Positions 63,183-64,000 of a DNA stretch of 64,000 bases are shown in pieces (within the stretch, counting starts at the first letter, position 1; each line of letters starts with the position of its first letter). The stretch is from assembly GCA_948469315.1 (NCBI GenBank), contig CAOKLQ010000002.1, positions 1,694 to 65,693 on the forward strand. The letters run 5' to 3'. The notes under the pieces are model-generated. The model ran no database searches. It saw only the letters and a program-made list of their open reading frames with translations, and was not told the origin of the DNA. Source of the stretch: an uncultured Clostridium sp. GTDB taxonomy: Bacteria; Bacillota; Clostridia; TANB77; CAG-508. The position numbers and the translations under genes were made by a program.

Positions 63183-63569
63183 CTATTTCTCCATTTCTAA
63201 TAAATTTATAATTTCTTTTTCTAACTTTGAATCATCTTTATTACTTATAAACAACAAAAAACATTCCTTTTTCTTTGTATTATATATTGTAAGAAGTATT
63301 TTTGTATGTTGTTTTGATAATTCAATAAATTCATATAATTCTTTTGTTGAATAATTATCTTTAACTTTAAAACTCATATATTTAATTATGTTGAATGATT
63401 TTGCAAATCTTCCAGTAATAGTAAATGTATCTCTAGGAAGATTGGTATTTTTATCAACTTCTTCAAAATAGTAATCATTATATAATAAATAATAAGAGCC
63501 TATTTTAGCTTTACTTGATATGATAGTTCTAAAATCCTCAAAATTGTATATTACATTGCTCTCAATCAT
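63183..63569 (-). CDS. Hypothetical ICE protein
   Basis: GAGG RBS before ATG 63569. Confidence 0.6.
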   Translation of the reverse strand: MIESNVIYNFEDFRTIISSKAKIGSYYLLYNDYYFEEVDKNTNLPRDTFTITGRFAKSFNIIKYMSFKVKDNYSTKELYEFIELSKQHTKILLTIYNTKKKECFLLFISNKDDSKLEKEIINLLEMEK

Positions 63570-63623
63570 AATTACCTCTTTTCCCATAAATGAAAAAAGA
63601 GTGGGAATCTCACCCACTCAATA

Positions 63624-64000
63624 TTATCTTTCATTATGTTTTTTTCTTAATACTATAATTCCTCCAATTATTCCTATTAAAGAAATTACTGCTAAGCTCC
63701 CTAATAAAATATAATTTGTTTCATTTCCAGTTTGAATTTTTGGAAGTAAAGAGTTGTAATATTCAAAGCTATAAACACCATCTTTTTCTTCTAATGAAAC
63801 TTCATCTGCAAATACACCTTTGTCATTTATTTCTACTTTAACAACTTGGTCTGATAATTTATATCCTGTAGGTGCTTTTATTTCTTTAATGTAGTATGTT
63901 CCATAGCGAAGTTCATCAAATAATGCAGTTCCTTCATATTCATTGGCTCCTACTTCTTTAATAAGTTGAGTACAAGTCTCATCTTCATAGATTCCAAATA
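63624..64000 (-). CDS. C-terminal part of SpaA-repeat cell-wall-anchored protein (partial)
   Basis: LRYGTYYIKEIKAPTGY repeat; LPKIQTG sorting-like motif, TM helix and RKK tail. Confidence 0.8.
   Translation of the reverse strand, partial: FGIYEDETCTQLIKEVGANEYEGTALFDELRYGTYYIKEIKAPTGYKLSDQVVKVEINDKGVFADEVSLEEKDGVYSFEYYNSLLPKIQTGNETNYILLGSLAVISLIGIIGGIIVLRKKHNER

Larger units (their letters stand above)
33414..64000 (-). mobile_element. Integrative conjugative element (one end at about 33.4 kb; continues beyond the window)
   Basis: Co-oriented relaxase/MobC, VirD4, VirB4, VirB6, PrgI, pilin, NlpC/P60, primase and MTases; abuts a truncated chromosomal gene; integrase not seen in the window. 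Confidence 0.88.

Noticed and set aside
1111-63714. Numerous short antisense or alternate-frame ORFs in the track (e.g. 1111-1422, 3285-3635, 21204-21689, 60250-60573)
   Set aside because: Shadows of real genes with F/L/I/S-rich composition typical of AT-rich antisense frames

Overview
Very AT-rich Clostridia-like chromosome segment from a spore former (sleB, yabP, yabQ). Layout: (i) 1-13.6 kb core genes, mostly + strand (sortase, cohesin/dockerin protein, asp23-amaP-nusB-xseA-xseB-DUF212-fhs, sleB, ppaC, rqcH/fbpA, rplU-rpmA); (ii) about 13.9-23.6 kb of mobile-element remnants punctuated by five copies of a repeated site, ending in a dif-like palindrome where gene orientation switches; (iii) 23.7-33.2 kb core/accessory genes on the - strand (ClpA-NBD1/FtsH-protease chimera, rho, divIC, yabQP, beta-CASP nuclease, lysC, prfB); (iv) 33.4-64 kb an ICE that runs off the window (C5 and N4/N6 MTases, relaxase split by a group II intron, MobC, LPD protein, NlpC/P60, VirB4, PrgI, VirB6, pilin, VirD4, primase), apparently inserted in an ABC transporter gene. 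Main result: eight unrelated genes (sortase, xseA, DUF212, rqcH, intron RT, virB4, pilin, virD4) are each broken at an in-frame CGG codon followed by A. Each is restored to a full-length protein by skipping the C (CGGA read as GGA = Gly). All 8 in-frame CGG-A sites I found in recognisable genes behave this way, while the 4 in-frame CGG-T/CGG-C codons stay in frame. This suggests a lineage-wide +1 frameshift or 4-base decoding rule. A systematic sequencing artefact still has to be excluded. All counts come from a manual scan.
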